Source of the DNA: Clostridia bacterium
GTDB taxonomy: Bacteria > Bacillota > Sulfobacillia > SLMV01
DNA: 54,928 bases
Direction: 5' to 3'
NCBI GenBank assembly: GCA_003566675.1
Contig: PXCI01000070.1
Location: 1 to 54,928, forward strand
The notes under the pieces were generated by a model. That model was not told where the DNA came from. It saw only the letters and a program-made list of their open reading frames with translations, and did not search any database. Made by a program: the position numbers and the translations under genes. Each line of letters starts with the position of its first letter. Position 1 is the first letter of the stretch. Shown piece after piece: positions 29,760 to 39,821 of this stretch.

Positions 29760-30703
29760 TGGCAGGCGGCGAGATTTTTCATCAGCCGGTGATGCCAGAC
29801 GAGGTTGCAGAGTGTCTAGATGTTCCCGGTGGGGGCGTCTTTGTCGATGGCACGGTAGGTGGCGGAGGTCACGCCCGTGTCCTGGCGGAGAAACTGTCCC
29901 CCGAGGATTTACTCATTGGGATTGATCTCGATACCGAGGCCCTGAGGGTTGCGGCCGAGGTTCTGTCGGGGGTTGGGCCCCAGGTGGAACTGATCCACGG
30001 CAATTTCCGCTCTCTGTCTGCTCTTTTGGCCGAACGAGGAATCGATCAGATATCGGGGTGTCTTCTGGATCTGGGAGTCAGCTCCCACCAGTTGGACGCT
30101 CCGGAGCGAGGTTTCAGCTACCGATTCGCAGATGCCCCTTTGGATATGCGGATGGATCCTGGTGCTCGAAGAACGGCCGCACAGATCCTGAACAACGATG
30201 AAGAGGGAGACATTGCCCGCATCCTGCGTGATTACGGGGAGGAACGCTGGGCGCGACGGATTGCACGTACGATCGTCAGGCGACGAAGAGATCAGCCCTT
30301 CAAAACGACGGGTGATCTGGTTGATGTGATCAAAGATGCCATACCCGCTCCTGCAAGGAGAAAGGGTGGAAATCCAGCTAAGAGAACCTTCCAGGCGCTG
30401 CGGATTGAGGTCAACCGTGAACTGGAGGGGCTCAGGGAGTACTTTGAGGAGGTCATTCAGCTTCTTCGACCGGGTGGCAGGTTGGCGGTCATCAGCTTTC
30501 ATTCGCTTGAGGATCGCCCCGCGAAGCAGGTTTTTCGGGACCTGTCCCGCGAGTGTCGTTGTCCACCGGATTTGCCAGTCTGCCGTTGCAGTGGGCCGGT
30601 GGTCAGGGATCTGACGAGGAAGCCCATTCGGCCGACGGATGCCGAGGTATCGATGAACCCTCGCTCGGCGTCGGCCAAGCTCAGGGCAGTTGAACGCCTC
30701 TGA
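29759..30703 (+). CDS. rsmH: 16S rRNA (cytosine1402-N4)-methyltransferase RsmH
   Basis: HQPVMPDEV...FVDGTVGGGGHA and LDLGVSSHQLD motifs. The ATG overlaps the mraZ TGA (TGATG). Confidence 0.93.
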   Translation: MAGGEIFHQPVMPDEVAECLDVPGGGVFVDGTVGGGGHARVLAEKLSPEDLLIGIDLDTEALRVAAEVLSGVGPQVELIHGNFRSLSALLAERGIDQISGCLLDLGVSSHQLDAPERGFSYRFADAPLDMRMDPGARRTAAQILNNDEEGDIARILRDYGEERWARRIARTIVRRRRDQPFKTTGDLVDVIKDAIPAPARRKGGNPAKRTFQALRIEVNRELEGLREYFEEVIQLLRPGGRLAVISFHSLEDRPAKQVFRDLSRECRCPPDLPVCRCSGPVVRDLTRKPIRPTDAEVSMNPRSASAKLRAVERL

Positions 30704-30735
30704 GGTGAATCATCTGCAGGTTATATCGGATTGGA

Positions 30736-31359
30736 GTGGCGAGTAAGATGGCAGTGACGGCAAGACAACTGGAGCAGGTCCGAGAACAGCGACGCCCCGA
30801 ACGTCAACAGGGAGGGAAGAAGAAGCCCTGTGGGAAGCTCGGAGATGAGGCCCGAGTCAAGGGGAGGACTCGGATGTGGGTTCAGGGCCTCACCGCTCTG
30901 ATGATGGTTTTTGTCATGGCCCTTGGATTGATTGTGGTCGAGACGGCCATTGCCAACCGGGGCTATGAGCTTGCAGGCCTGCGGACCCAGCTGAAAGAGG
31001 CTCGAAGGCATGCCGACCATCTGGAGGCAGAGGTCGCGTCCCTCAGATCCATCCAGCGGATTGTTGCCGTTGCCGAGGAAGATCTTGGACTGGTACATGC
31101 AGGTAGCAGCTATGCCACGGTTGCTTCCATTAACTCGCCTGTGACCCTGAACGTGGATGAAGTTGAACAGGGAACTGCAGCGACGGCGGGTGTGACGACT
31201 GTTGACGCACCGGACAGTTCCGGGAGCACTGCGAGGAGGGTGGTACTGTATTTAGAGTCCGAACCGGCCAGTGACAGTGGCTTACGCCTGGCAGATGTGG
31301 GAACCTGGCTGCTTCGATGGCTGCGAGGCGCGCCTCCGGTTAGGGCCAGTACTGAGTAG
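30736..31359 (+). CDS. ftsL: cell division protein FtsL-like (single TM plus coiled coil) with a long C-terminal extension
   Basis: Position between rsmH and the PBP gene. Basic N-terminus, TM helix GLTALMMVFVMALGLIVV, then a coiled coil RGYELAGLRTQLKEARRHADHLEAEVASL. Confidence 0.65.
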   Translation: MASKMAVTARQLEQVREQRRPERQQGGKKKPCGKLGDEARVKGRTRMWVQGLTALMMVFVMALGLIVVETAIANRGYELAGLRTQLKEARRHADHLEAEVASLRSIQRIVAVAEEDLGLVHAGSSYATVASINSPVTLNVDEVEQGTAATAGVTTVDAPDSSGSTARRVVLYLESEPASDSGLRLADVGTWLLRWLRGAPPVRASTE

Positions 31360-31396
31360 TAACACACAATAGCTCACATGCAGGGGGACGACCGAT

Positions 31397-33514
31397 ATGA
31401 GGTTGCCCAGCATCGAGATGCGAAAACGAGTCCTTCATGGTCTCGTGGTTTTCGTGCTCATTTATGTGGCGCTGATCTTTCGGGTCGGGTGGATCCAGGT
31501 GGTTCGTGGTGATGAGCTGAGTGATGCGGCAATGCAGTCGCGCACCCGGGAGATTAGTGTGCAGGCCCGCAGAGGGATGATTATGGACCGCGAGGGGCGG
31601 GAGCTGGCGGTGAGCGTGGATGTAGACTCACTGTATGCCGTGCCCGCGGAGGTGCGCAATGCCGGGCAATGGGCTGCAGCACTGGCGCCGATCCTGGGCA
31701 TGGATGAGCGAGTACTGCGGGACAGACTAGCTGCAAGTGCTTCTTTTGTGTGGCTAAAGAGGAAGATGGCGCCGGAGGCTGCCAGAGCCGTCAGGGAGCT
31801 GGACCTGTCCGGTCTCTACTTCACCATGGAGAGCGAGCGCTTTTATCCCAAGGGCACGCTGGCTTCCCGAGTCCTTGGTTTTGCTGGCATTGACAGCCAG
31901 GGCCTCGAGGGAATCGAAATGAGTATGGATGAACTTCTGCGCGGGGAGCCCGGGGCAATATCCATGGAATTTGATGCCGAGGGAAGGGAGATCCCCCAGG
32001 CTGTCTATCATTACACTCCCCCGGTTGAGGGAAGCAGTTTGTACCTGTCCATCGACGAGATCATACAGTTTATCGCTGAGCGGGAACTGGCCAGGGTTGT
32101 GAGTGAAACGGAGGCCCTAGGGGCCCATTTGCTGATGATGGATCCCAGCACGGGGCACATCCTGGCGATGGCGTCCTATCCTAATTTTGACCTGAACCGC
32201 TGGTCGGAGGTCTCCCCGGTACTCTGGCGGAACCCCCTGGTGAGTGACACGGAGCACCCGGGATCCGTTTTCAAACCAGTGACCGGCGCGGCAGCTATTG
32301 AGGAGGGTGTGGTCACTCCGTCGACGCCTTTTTATGATCCGGGTTACGTGAGGGTGCCCGGAGCGGTAATTCACAACTGGAACCGACAGGGTCTCGGAGC
32401 GGCAGATTTTGCCCTGGGATTCGCCAAGTCTACGAACACAATCTTTGTCAGGACGGGGCTGGACCTGGGAATGGAAGCCTTTTATCGGTATCTTTACGGC
32501 TTTGGCCTGACGGAGCCCACGGGGGTGGATCTTCCCGGTGAGGCGAAGGGCATTTTCCCACCCCAGGACCGTGCGAGACCGGTGGACCTGGCAGTCATGT
32601 CCTTTGGGCAGACGTTGACCCTGACGCCCCTGCAGATGATCAACTCTACGAGTGCCATCATCAACGGGGGATACCTGATGCGTCCCCAGATCGTACACAG
32701 TATTGAAGATACTGTGACCGGGGAGATCCGGGAGCTCGCGCCGCAGGTGATCCGGCAGGTGATCTCGGAGGAGACCTCGGCCACGATACGGGACCTGATG
32801 GTGAACGTCGTCGAGGAGGGGACAGGATCTCTGGCGGCGATCTCCGGCTATGGCGTCGGTGGAAAGACAGGAACGGCCCAGAAGACCGTGGGCGGTGTGG
32901 TGTCAAGGGATCAACACCTGGCCTCTTTTATGGGGTTTGCCCCGGCAAACAACCCGGCCGTGGTCTGTTACGTCGTCGTGGACGAACCGCAGGGCATTTA
33001 CTACGGCGGACAGATCGCTGCGCCTGTGTTCCAGACCGTGGTGAGTGAGACGTTGCGTTATCTCGAGATCACCCCGGAATTTCCGGATGAAATTCAAGGG
33101 CAGGTGCCCGAGGGCGTAGGGCAACCCGAAGAAGTCCTTCATCAGGTTCCGGACGTGACGGGCCTATCGGTGGTGGAGGCGGAGCAAATTCTTGATCAGA
33201 GGGGCCTTGAATTCACTCGTGTTGGAACGGGCGGTGAGGTCATAGAGCAGTTTCCTCCCGAGGGGACTGAGGTCCGTCCGGGATCGCAGGTGCTTCTGTA
33301 TACGGAGCGCCTGGATGAAGAACAGGCCGATGTGGGTATGGTCCGGATGCCCGATCTGATGGGGATGACGCTGCGTGCTGCTGCTGAAGAACTGGGTGCC
33401 GTTGGTCTCCGTATGGAAGTCACCGGTTCTGGAATCATAATAGGGCAGGAGCCTGCGCCGCGAACCCATGTACAGAGAGGCACCATCGTTCATCTATACC
33501 TGAGTTCGCCCTGA
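31397..33514 (+). CDS. class B penicillin-binding protein (PBP2B/SpoVD/FtsI type) with two C-terminal PASTA domains
   Basis: SxxK (SVFK), SxN (STN) and KTG (GKTGTA) motifs, N-terminal TM helix, two PASTA-like repeats at the C-terminus. Confidence 0.9.
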   Translation: MRLPSIEMRKRVLHGLVVFVLIYVALIFRVGWIQVVRGDELSDAAMQSRTREISVQARRGMIMDREGRELAVSVDVDSLYAVPAEVRNAGQWAAALAPILGMDERVLRDRLAASASFVWLKRKMAPEAARAVRELDLSGLYFTMESERFYPKGTLASRVLGFAGIDSQGLEGIEMSMDELLRGEPGAISMEFDAEGREIPQAVYHYTPPVEGSSLYLSIDEIIQFIAERELARVVSETEALGAHLLMMDPSTGHILAMASYPNFDLNRWSEVSPVLWRNPLVSDTEHPGSVFKPVTGAAAIEEGVVTPSTPFYDPGYVRVPGAVIHNWNRQGLGAADFALGFAKSTNTIFVRTGLDLGMEAFYRYLYGFGLTEPTGVDLPGEAKGIFPPQDRARPVDLAVMSFGQTLTLTPLQMINSTSAIINGGYLMRPQIVHSIEDTVTGEIRELAPQVIRQVISEETSATIRDLMVNVVEEGTGSLAAISGYGVGGKTGTAQKTVGGVVSRDQHLASFMGFAPANNPAVVCYVVVDEPQGIYYGGQIAAPVFQTVVSETLRYLEITPEFPDEIQGQVPEGVGQPEEVLHQVPDVTGLSVVEAEQILDQRGLEFTRVGTGGEVIEQFPPEGTEVRPGSQVLLYTERLDEEQADVGMVRMPDLMGMTLRAAAEELGAVGLRMEVTGSGIIIGQEPAPRTHVQRGTIVHLYLSSP

Positions 33515-33584
33515 CGAGGCGCACCTGCTGTTGCACAGGATTTTCATCGCGCCCATAGTGTGCGATTGGAGGGAGTGCCTTCTG

Positions 33585-35096
33585 ATGGAGTTGGACCTGC
33601 TATTGCAGGCGTTGAGAGATGATGGTGAATTGCTGGAGATCCCTGGGCTGGATTGGGCCGAACTACAGGTTGAGGGTTTGTCCTATCACTCCAAACGGGT
33701 GAAACCCGGAGACTTGTTTTTGTGCATCCCTGGTGAGGTGACGGACGGACATCTCTTTGCCCAGGAAGCCGTTTCGCGTGGGGCTCGGGCTCTTCTGGTT
33801 GAGAGGTTCGTTACGGTCGATCCCCCCGTGCCGCAGATGGTGGTTCGCGATGCGCGGCGGGCGGCCGCAGTGATGGCCGACGCCTTCTTTGGCCATCCTA
33901 CAGGCAAGATGGCCCTGGTGGGGGTGACGGGCACAAGTGGCAAGACGACCACCGCTCACCTGATCCGCCATGTCCTTGAGGCAGGGGGAACGGGGGTCGG
34001 TCTGGTTGGCACGATAGGTCACATCGTCGGAGGCTCTCGAATTGAGACGGAGCTCACCACTCCCGAGGCCACCGACCTGCAAAGGTTATTTCGACAGATG
34101 CTCGATGCTGGGGACTGCGCGGCGGTGATGGAGGTCTCTTCCCACTCGCTCATGCTCGATAGGGTGCGGCGATGCGCCTTCAATGTCGGCGTGTTCACCA
34201 ACATCGCCCCTGAGCACCTGGATTTTCACGGGGACATGGAAAGCTATCTGGCGGCAAAGGCCCGTCTCTTCGGGATGCTCACTGACGAGGGACTCGACCG
34301 GGGCGATCCCGTGGCGGTCATCAATGTTGATGATCCCCGGGCCGCCGAGATTGAAAGACGCTCTGCGGCCAAGGTTCTGACCTACGGCCTGGATGCAGGA
34401 CAGGTCACCGCCTGTGACATCGAGATGGCACCGGATGAGTCGTTCTTCTCTGTAGAGCTGCCACCGGGGAATCGGCGGCGGGTCAGACTTCAACTTCCCG
34501 GCCGTTTTAACATCTACAATGCCCTGGCTGCGGCGGCTGTAGGGCACAGCCTGGACATCGGAATTGATGACATTGCCGACGCTCTTTCTGAAGCGAATCC
34601 GGTTCCCGGCCGCTATGAGGTGGTCTCCGGACCGGGTGATGACATTACGGTGATCGTGGATTTTGCCCACACGGCCGATGAGCTTGAGAACCTCCTCGAG
34701 GCAGTGCAGAGGGTTGCAACGGGTCGGGTCATAGCAGTCTTTGGTGCCGGTGGGGACAGGGACCGCACCAAGCGGCCGGTCATGGGTTCGGTTGTTGAGG
34801 GTCTGGCCGACTATCTCATTGTGACGTCCGACAACCCCCGCAGCGAGGACCCGCGGGCCATAACCTGTGATATACTGGGGGGCATTGAGGATCGATCCAA
34901 CTGCGAGGTGCACGTGGACCGAAGAGAAGCTGTGCTGAGGGCCGTGGAGATTGCCAACACGAACGATACCGTGGTCCTGGCAGGCAAGGGTCACGAAACA
35001 ACACAGGTTCTGGCGGATCACGCCATGCACTTTGACGATAAGCTGGAAGCGAGGAAAGCACTGAGGCTGCGTCAGCAGAAGAGGGAGGGAGGGTGA
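33585..35096 (+). CDS. murE: UDP-MurNAc-L-Ala-D-Glu:meso-DAP ligase MurE
   Basis: GVTGTSGKTTT P-loop and a DNPR motif (TSDNPRSEDP), which indicates DAP specificity. ATG 33585 is preceded by GGAGGGAG. Confidence 0.93.
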   Translation: MELDLLLQALRDDGELLEIPGLDWAELQVEGLSYHSKRVKPGDLFLCIPGEVTDGHLFAQEAVSRGARALLVERFVTVDPPVPQMVVRDARRAAAVMADAFFGHPTGKMALVGVTGTSGKTTTAHLIRHVLEAGGTGVGLVGTIGHIVGGSRIETELTTPEATDLQRLFRQMLDAGDCAAVMEVSSHSLMLDRVRRCAFNVGVFTNIAPEHLDFHGDMESYLAAKARLFGMLTDEGLDRGDPVAVINVDDPRAAEIERRSAAKVLTYGLDAGQVTACDIEMAPDESFFSVELPPGNRRRVRLQLPGRFNIYNALAAAAVGHSLDIGIDDIADALSEANPVPGRYEVVSGPGDDITVIVDFAHTADELENLLEAVQRVATGRVIAVFGAGGDRDRTKRPVMGSVVEGLADYLIVTSDNPRSEDPRAITCDILGGIEDRSNCEVHVDRREAVLRAVEIANTNDTVVLAGKGHETTQVLADHAMHFDDKLEARKALRLRQQKREGG

Positions 35097-35100
35097 GGAC

Positions 35101-36558
35101 GTGGAATTGGATGAACGAAGAGGCAGGGGCGACCCCCTGTTCACGGTTGCGGATCTCGCCGCGGTTCTGAGAACGCCCCAGCCGACCAGAGCGGACCGGG
35201 GGACAGGAATCTATGGGGTGACAACAGACAGTCGGTGCGTCCGCCAGGGCGATCTTTTTGTGGCCCTGGCAGGGGAGAGGACGGACGGACACCAGTACTT
35301 GGATGCGGCTTTTTCCAGCGGTGCGGCCGCAGCCCTGGTCCGGGAGGGAGTGGTCCCCGGGCGGGACGAGGTGCTCTTCGAGGTGTCCGATCCCTTTTGG
35401 GCCATCGGAGAGGTGGCCTCCTGGTATCGCGACCAGTTCTCGCCCGTGGTGATCGGTGTGACGGGAAGCGTCGGTAAGACGACCTGTAAGGATATGATCG
35501 CGGCAGTTTTGCACAAGAGCTTTGAGGTTCTGAAGTCCCAGGGCAATCTCAACACGGAGATTGGCTTGCCCCTCACCCTGTTTGAGCTCCGTCCGCACGA
35601 TCAGGTTGTCGTCTTGGAGCTGGCGATGCGGAAGCGGGGCGATATTGAGTATCTGGCCTCGATGGCGAAACCAGAGGCCGGTGTGCTCACCCGGGTGACC
35701 GAGTCTCACATTGAGTTCTTGGGTTCGCTGGAGGGAATTGCCCGGGCCAAGGCCGAACTCTTTGAGGCCCTCCCCGAGGGAGGTTGGGCGACAATCAATG
35801 GTGATGATCCCTGGGGGCGATGGATCGCCTCACGGACCGAGGCTCAAACCTTCTTTTACGGAGAGAACCTGGCCGACGACCTGCGGGTCTGGGCAGAGAA
35901 CCTGTCCCTCGATGACCTGGGGCGGCCCCAGTTTGATCTTTACCTGGGCGGCGTGTCGGCGGGAAGGGTGCAGTTATCCCTGGCAGGCAGGCATCATGTG
36001 GCCAATGCCCTTGGGGCTGCCTGCGTGGGACACATCATGGGGGCATCCTCTGAGAACATACGAGATGGGCTGGAGAATGTGCAGGTGACGGGTATGCGCA
36101 TGGAGTGGATGAATCGAGACCGGATCCGCATACTCAACGACGCCTACAACAGCAGTCCCACCTCCTGTGTCGCCGCCCTCGACACCCTAACACAGACCCG
36201 TGTCGCGGGTAGGAAGGTGGCCATCCTGGGTGACATGTTGGAGCTGGGACCTGATGCGCAGAAGCGGCACCTGGAGGTGGGTCGCTACATCGCCACCGGA
36301 GACCTTGATGTCCTGCTGACCGTCGGGGAGCTTGCCTCCTTGTTCGGAGTGGGTGCTGTGCAGGAGGGGTTCCCCGGGGGCAGTCATCACCACTTTCCCG
36401 ACAACGACGCCCTGATCGGCTCCCTCGCGGAGGCGATCGCCGAGGGGGACCTGGTCCTGGTCAAAGGATCCAGGGGATGTAGGCTCGAGTCCTGTGTGCA
36501 GGTACTGAAAGAGATGTTTCCCCTGACGGTCGGGGACCAAGAGGGGTCGCAGGGATGA
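35101..36558 (+). CDS. murF: UDP-MurNAc-tripeptide:D-Ala-D-Ala ligase MurF
   Basis: GVTGSVGKTTCKDM P-loop, Mur ligase middle and C-terminal domains, and position after murE. Confidence 0.9.
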   Translation: MELDERRGRGDPLFTVADLAAVLRTPQPTRADRGTGIYGVTTDSRCVRQGDLFVALAGERTDGHQYLDAAFSSGAAAALVREGVVPGRDEVLFEVSDPFWAIGEVASWYRDQFSPVVIGVTGSVGKTTCKDMIAAVLHKSFEVLKSQGNLNTEIGLPLTLFELRPHDQVVVLELAMRKRGDIEYLASMAKPEAGVLTRVTESHIEFLGSLEGIARAKAELFEALPEGGWATINGDDPWGRWIASRTEAQTFFYGENLADDLRVWAENLSLDDLGRPQFDLYLGGVSAGRVQLSLAGRHHVANALGAACVGHIMGASSENIRDGLENVQVTGMRMEWMNRDRIRILNDAYNSSPTSCVAALDTLTQTRVAGRKVAILGDMLELGPDAQKRHLEVGRYIATGDLDVLLTVGELASLFGVGAVQEGFPGGSHHHFPDNDALIGSLAEAIAEGDLVLVKGSRGCRLESCVQVLKEMFPLTVGDQEGSQG

Positions 36559-37556
36559 TGCTGCCCGTCCTGGAGATGCGCGAGCCCTGGGTCTTTCCCG
36601 CGGCATTCGCCGTCGCCGTCGCTGCAGTCCTGTTGGTGGGGGCTTTCCTATTGCCCCTTCTTCGGAGACTGAACTTCGGCCAGAGGGTCCGCGATGATGG
36701 ACCGGGAAGGCATCTCAGCAAGCAGGGAACCCCCACCATGGGCGGACTGGCCTTCCTCCTGGCCCTGACCGGGGTTCTCCTGCTGGCAGTCCCGGCGACG
36801 CCGGAGATCATGATCCTGCTGGTGGTGACCTTGGGCGCGGGTATTTTGGGCTTTGCTGATGATTTTCTCAAGGTGGCCCTTAGGCGCCCCCTCGGATTGA
36901 GGGGGCGGGATAAACTGGTCATACAGATGATCCTGGGAGCACTTCTGGGCTGGGCAGCGGTCACTTTCACCGGCAGGGGTACCTCCCTTGCGGTGCCCTG
37001 GTTAGCGGGAACCCGCCTGGAGCTCGGGCTGTTGTACCCGGCTTTCACCGCGGTTTTCCTGACCGCTTCCTCCAATGCCGTCAATCTGACCGACGGTCTG
37101 GATGGCTTGGCGGCGGGGGGCACGGCCCTTGCAGCCCTTGTATTCACGGTCGCTGCCCTGGCTCGTGGACAGCTCGTTGTCGCTGTCTCTGGGGTCGCTC
37201 TGATGGGCGTCTGCGTGGGCTTCCTCTGGTATAATTTTCATCCAGCCCGCGTATTCATGGGCGACACGGGTTCCCTGGCCCTCGGCGCGGCCCTGGCTGG
37301 ACTGGCCGTTGTGACCGAGACCGAACTATTGCTGGTCATTGCCGGGGGTCTGTTTGTGGTGGAAACCCTATCGGTGGTCGTTCAGGTGATGTATTTCCGT
37401 TTCACCGGGGGACGGAGGCTGTTACGCATGAGTCCCCTTCACCATCACTTTGAACTGATAGGCTGGAGTGAGGTGACCGTTGTCCTGACAATGTGGATTT
37501 TCCAGGTTCTTTGCGTTCTTGCAGCTCTGACAGGGTTGAGAGGTATGGGAGTGTGA
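36555..37556 (+). CDS. mraY: phospho-MurNAc-pentapeptide translocase MraY
   Basis: Polytopic membrane protein with NAVNLTDGLDGLA and FMGDTGSLALG motifs. The ATG overlaps the murF stop. Confidence 0.95.
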   Translation: MMLPVLEMREPWVFPAAFAVAVAAVLLVGAFLLPLLRRLNFGQRVRDDGPGRHLSKQGTPTMGGLAFLLALTGVLLLAVPATPEIMILLVVTLGAGILGFADDFLKVALRRPLGLRGRDKLVIQMILGALLGWAAVTFTGRGTSLAVPWLAGTRLELGLLYPAFTAVFLTASSNAVNLTDGLDGLAAGGTALAALVFTVAALARGQLVVAVSGVALMGVCVGFLWYNFHPARVFMGDTGSLALGAALAGLAVVTETELLLVIAGGLFVVETLSVVVQVMYFRFTGGRRLLRMSPLHHHFELIGWSEVTVVLTMWIFQVLCVLAALTGLRGMGV

Positions 37557-38680
37557 GATCCAAACGGGGAACGACCAAGCCCAGAAGCCGCAGGGCACCA
37601 GATTTGGTCCTGCTGTTGACCGTGGTGGTTCTGGTTGCCTTCGGGGTACTGATGGTGCTCAGTTCCAGCAGCTACTCGGCTCGTGTGCGCTTCGGCGACA
37701 GTTTTTTCTACTTCAAACGCCAGGCCGTGTGGGCGATGGGCGGGCTGTTTCTCATGCTGTTTCTGCAGCAGCGGATTGACTACTGGGTCTATCGTCGCTA
37801 CGCCCGGGTCTTCATCATGGTCGCGGTTGGTCTGCTGGCCCTGAGCCTGATCCCGGGAATCGGTGTTGAGGCGAGGGGTTCCCAGCGTTCGATTCTGTTT
37901 GGGCCCATTTCTGTCAGTCCGGCGGAGCTGGTGAAGCTGTGCCTGGTTGTGTATCTTGCCCACGGCTTCTGCCGTGTGCCGGAGAAGATGAAGCGGTTTT
38001 TCGCCGGAGTGATGCCGCACCTTGTGATCGTGAGTGTCGTGGTGGGCATGGTTATGATGCAGCCCGACCTGGGCACGGCCGTGACCATCGCCGGAACGGT
38101 TCTCATCATGCTCTACATCGCCGGGGCCAATCCCATTCACCTGTTTGGACTGGTCCTGACCGGGGTGCCCATTGTGTCTGTGCTGATCTGGTTGGAACCG
38201 TACAGATGGAGGCGTTTCTCTGCCTTTTTGGACCCCTGGGCGGATCCCCTGGGGGCGGGCTTTCATATCATCCAGAGCCTTTATGCCCTCGGTTCGGGCC
38301 GGGTATTTGGGGTTGGTCTGGGCGGCAGCCACCAGAAGTTTTTGTATCTTCCCGAGCAGCATACGGACTTTATTTTCTCCATTGTGGGCGAGGAGCTGGG
38401 CCTGGTGGGCGCCGCCGTTGTGCTGCTCCTGTTTTGCGTCCTGGCCTGGCGCGGTTTTCGCATCGCAGCCTGTGCCCCGGACAGTTTTGCCGGTCTACTC
38501 GCCGCGGGCATCACGGTGATGATCCTGGTGCAGGTCATGATCAACATCGGCGTGGTAACCTCGGTCTTTCCCGTGACAGGAATCCCCCTTCCCTTTATCA
38601 GCTACGGGGGATCCTCCCTGATGGTAACGATGGGTTCAATCGGCATACTGCTCAACATTTCGAGATATTGTCGGATCTGA
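37553..38680 (+). CDS. ftsW: SEDS-family peptidoglycan glycosyltransferase FtsW/SpoVE
   Basis: About 10 TM helices. LQPSEL-like motif (VSPAELVKL) and PEQHTDFIFSIVGEELG. GTG 37553 overlaps the mraY stop (GTGA). Confidence 0.9.
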   Translation: MRSKRGTTKPRSRRAPDLVLLLTVVVLVAFGVLMVLSSSSYSARVRFGDSFFYFKRQAVWAMGGLFLMLFLQQRIDYWVYRRYARVFIMVAVGLLALSLIPGIGVEARGSQRSILFGPISVSPAELVKLCLVVYLAHGFCRVPEKMKRFFAGVMPHLVIVSVVVGMVMMQPDLGTAVTIAGTVLIMLYIAGANPIHLFGLVLTGVPIVSVLIWLEPYRWRRFSAFLDPWADPLGAGFHIIQSLYALGSGRVFGVGLGGSHQKFLYLPEQHTDFIFSIVGEELGLVGAAVVLLLFCVLAWRGFRIAACAPDSFAGLLAAGITVMILVQVMINIGVVTSVFPVTGIPLPFISYGGSSLMVTMGSIGILLNISRYCRI

Positions 38681-38696
38681 TAATGGAGGGATCCAG

Positions 38697-39815
38697 ATGA
38701 AGCGGTTGATCGTCACCGGCGGGGGGACGGGAGGACATGTCTACCCGGCCCTCAGCATCGCCAGAGGGTTTCTTGAGAGGGGCCCCGATCGGAGGGTTCT
38801 GTATGTTGGTGCCCGCAGGGGGCTGGAGAGCACGGTGATCCCTGAATCTGGCATCCCCTTTCGTTCCCTGGAGGTTGAGGGGCTTCTTGGGCGGGGCGTA
38901 AGCGGAAAGGCCAGGAGCCTGTATCTGCTCGTCAAAGCCCTCAGGCGAGCGGGAAGGATCCTCGCAGACTTTTCCCCCGATGTCGTGGTGGGGACCGGTG
39001 GCTACGTGTCGGCCCCGGTCGTGATGAGGGCACAGATGGCGCGGATCCCCACGCTCATTCAGGAGCAGAATGTCATCCCGGGTGTGACCAATCGAATGCT
39101 CAGTCGTTTTGCCCGCGTGGTGGCTGCTCCAGCAGAGGAGGGGCTCGAGTATTTTCCAGCCAAGGTCGCCTCGCGCCTGGTTGTGACCGGAAACCCCGTT
39201 CGCCAGGAGGTCCTCTGTGCTTCTCGTTGCGAGGCCCGGGCCCGATGCGAACTGGGATCCGAGGACATCATGTTGCTGGTGGTTGGGGGAAGCGGAGGAG
39301 CCCTGACGATCAACCGGGGCACCGTGGACTTCATTCTCAACTACCTTCGCGAACATCCCAGGCTTCACCTGGTCTATGTCACGGGACCGAAGTATTATGA
39401 GCAGGTTCGGCATGCCTTAGAAGGGGCGGGTACCGGTGACAGGGTCCAGGTGATGGATTATCACCGGGACATGCCTTCTGTCCTGGCTGCCTGCGACGTG
39501 TATCTTTGTCGGGCCGGTGCCATGAGCCTGGCCGAGGCCACGGTGGCCGGGCGACCCATGATCATTGTGCCCTCGCCTAATGTGACTCACAATCACCAGG
39601 AGCACAACGCCCGGGCCCTCGAGAGAGCCGGGGCCGCGGTGGTCATCTCTGACGACGATTTTACTGGTGAGAGCCTTGAGGCTGTCTTGTCCGAACTGAT
39701 CTATGACCGTGAGCGAACCGAGGCGATGGCTGCTGCGAGCGCAGCCCGCGGGCATCCCGAGGCCCTCCGTGACATATTGGGAGAGATTGATGCGATGCTG
39801 GCATCCCGGAGGTGA
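38697..39815 (+). CDS. murG: UDP-GlcNAc:lipid I GlcNAc transferase MurG
   Basis: LIVTGGGTGGHVYPALSIA and the late HQEHNARAL motif. Confidence 0.93.
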   Translation: MKRLIVTGGGTGGHVYPALSIARGFLERGPDRRVLYVGARRGLESTVIPESGIPFRSLEVEGLLGRGVSGKARSLYLLVKALRRAGRILADFSPDVVVGTGGYVSAPVVMRAQMARIPTLIQEQNVIPGVTNRMLSRFARVVAAPAEEGLEYFPAKVASRLVVTGNPVRQEVLCASRCEARARCELGSEDIMLLVVGGSGGALTINRGTVDFILNYLREHPRLHLVYVTGPKYYEQVRHALEGAGTGDRVQVMDYHRDMPSVLAACDVYLCRAGAMSLAEATVAGRPMIIVPSPNVTHNHQEHNARALERAGAAVVISDDDFTGESLEAVLSELIYDRERTEAMAAASAARGHPEALRDILGEIDAMLASRR

Positions 39816-39821
39816 TGCTGA

